Source: Felis catus
Taxonomy: Eukaryota
DNA: 64,000 nt
Reading direction: 5' to 3'
NCBI RefSeq assembly: GCF_018350175.1
Contig: NC_058374.1
Span: 126,976,001 to 127,040,000, forward strand
Each line of letters starts with the position of its first letter. The stretch's first letter is position 1. Below the pieces are notes generated by a model. That model was given only the letters and a program-made list of their open reading frames with translations, did not search any database and was not told where the DNA came from. Below are positions 62,824 to 64,000 of this stretch, piece after piece. Both the position numbers and the translations under genes were made by a program.

Positions 62824-64000
62824 AAAACTTACTCATTTATCACTGAACTTCTTATTCAGTTGTTCATCCTTCATCCATTTATTCAACGAACATGAATTGA
62901 GTGCCCGAGCATAGTAATAGGAAGAGCCAGTGTTGATTGAGTTTTTATATGTGCCAGGCACCATTTTAAGTACATGAATGAACTCATTTGTCCCTCGGGA
63001 TGACCTCATGATGGTAGGTATTATTGTCATCCCCACTTTATAGATGGGGAAAATGAGTCAGAGAGGAGAAGTACCTTGCCCGAGGTCTCAGGGCTCAGTA
63101 GTGGCCTCGTGGGGATTCATGCCCAGCAGCCTGGCCACAGAGCTCACTCCCTTAACTCTACCGGTGGCTGCTGTGTGCCACGCCCTATGCCAGGGAGGGG
63201 GGCGACCCAGGGGACCTCGCATGGCTCCTGCCCTATGCAGCTCATTTACCATCCGAGAAGGAAAGGGCAAAGGGTCAGAAGGGGCATGCAGATCAACGGC
63301 CGAAGGGGATCCGGGAAGGTAGTTTTGGGGCCAGACGGAGGCATGGATGAGATCAGGCAATCCAGGTGGCTCCAAGGTCGGAAGTCTCCCGAGTACCATA
63401 GAGCGGCGAGCGAGACCGCGGCAGGGGCCAGCTGACCTTCAGCTGGCTCACAGAGGTACAGCTGTTATGCCAGCTGTTCAAGTGCTGAGTACTTTTCGAT
63501 GCATTGGTAAAGAACCACTGCCCCAAACGCCCCCGCCCCACGTCCCCACCGTCCAGCGCCTGCAGCTAGACATCCAGGTCCGCGGGGGTGGGGGAGGGGC
63601 CTGCCTGTATTAAGACCACAGGAGGTGGGCGGTGCCTGGGCCTTACCGATAGTTAAATAATACTTAGAATGTCACTGCTGAGTTGGAAGTGTGTGGGAGC
63701 AAATTATGTCCTACAGGTGTTGGGCCTTTGTTCCCTCAATGGTGGGAACAAAGGGAGAAGGCTTAGCCAGATGCAACGTCCTGCTCAGCCTTCGGGACAG
63801 CTGCATCCTCACCGCTGCTGTGGAACCTGTGCCGCACCCCACCCCCAGCAGGACAAGCCCCCCCCCCCCAACTTGCTCTCTGTGAAGCCCTCTGTGAGTA
63901 ATTGTAACAACACCCGGAGCCCTCGTGTGCCAGGCCCTGGGATGAGCGCCACTTCCGATTGCCCTACTTAAACGTCCCCATCACCCTCTGAGATGCTGCA

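Overview
Mammalian (felid) genomic DNA, not microbial. It carries 16 carnivore tRNA-derived CAN-SINEs (several of the young felid SINEC_Fc type), carnivore/felid L1 3' ends, and old eutherian repeats (MIR, L2, MER20, MER58A, MER5, MLT1/MLT2, L1MC). The whole window appears to lie inside BTBD11 (ABTB3) on the + strand. Two internal coding exons are visible: 33976-34125 (150 nt, phase 1-1) and 50510-50714 (205 nt, phase 1-2). They splice in frame to ...[13 protein letters not shown]...[19 protein letters not shown]...VNLQVER. The rest is intron, and all other ORFs in the track are repeat-derived or chance. I found no convincing undescribed biological system. The best second-look items are: a 125-bp piece of unique intronic DNA copied into an old L1 1.08 kb away; a twin-priming inverted L1; a ~30-nt TSD-flanked L1 micro-insertion; near-identical inverted young SINEs bracketing each exon; nested transposon stacks; a 4x CAGCTG cluster in a CpG-rich patch; and evidence that the N runs are base-exact masks from a reference-guided consensus. 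Repeat subfamily names come from memory of consensus sequences, and their boundaries are approximate unless a TSD is quoted.
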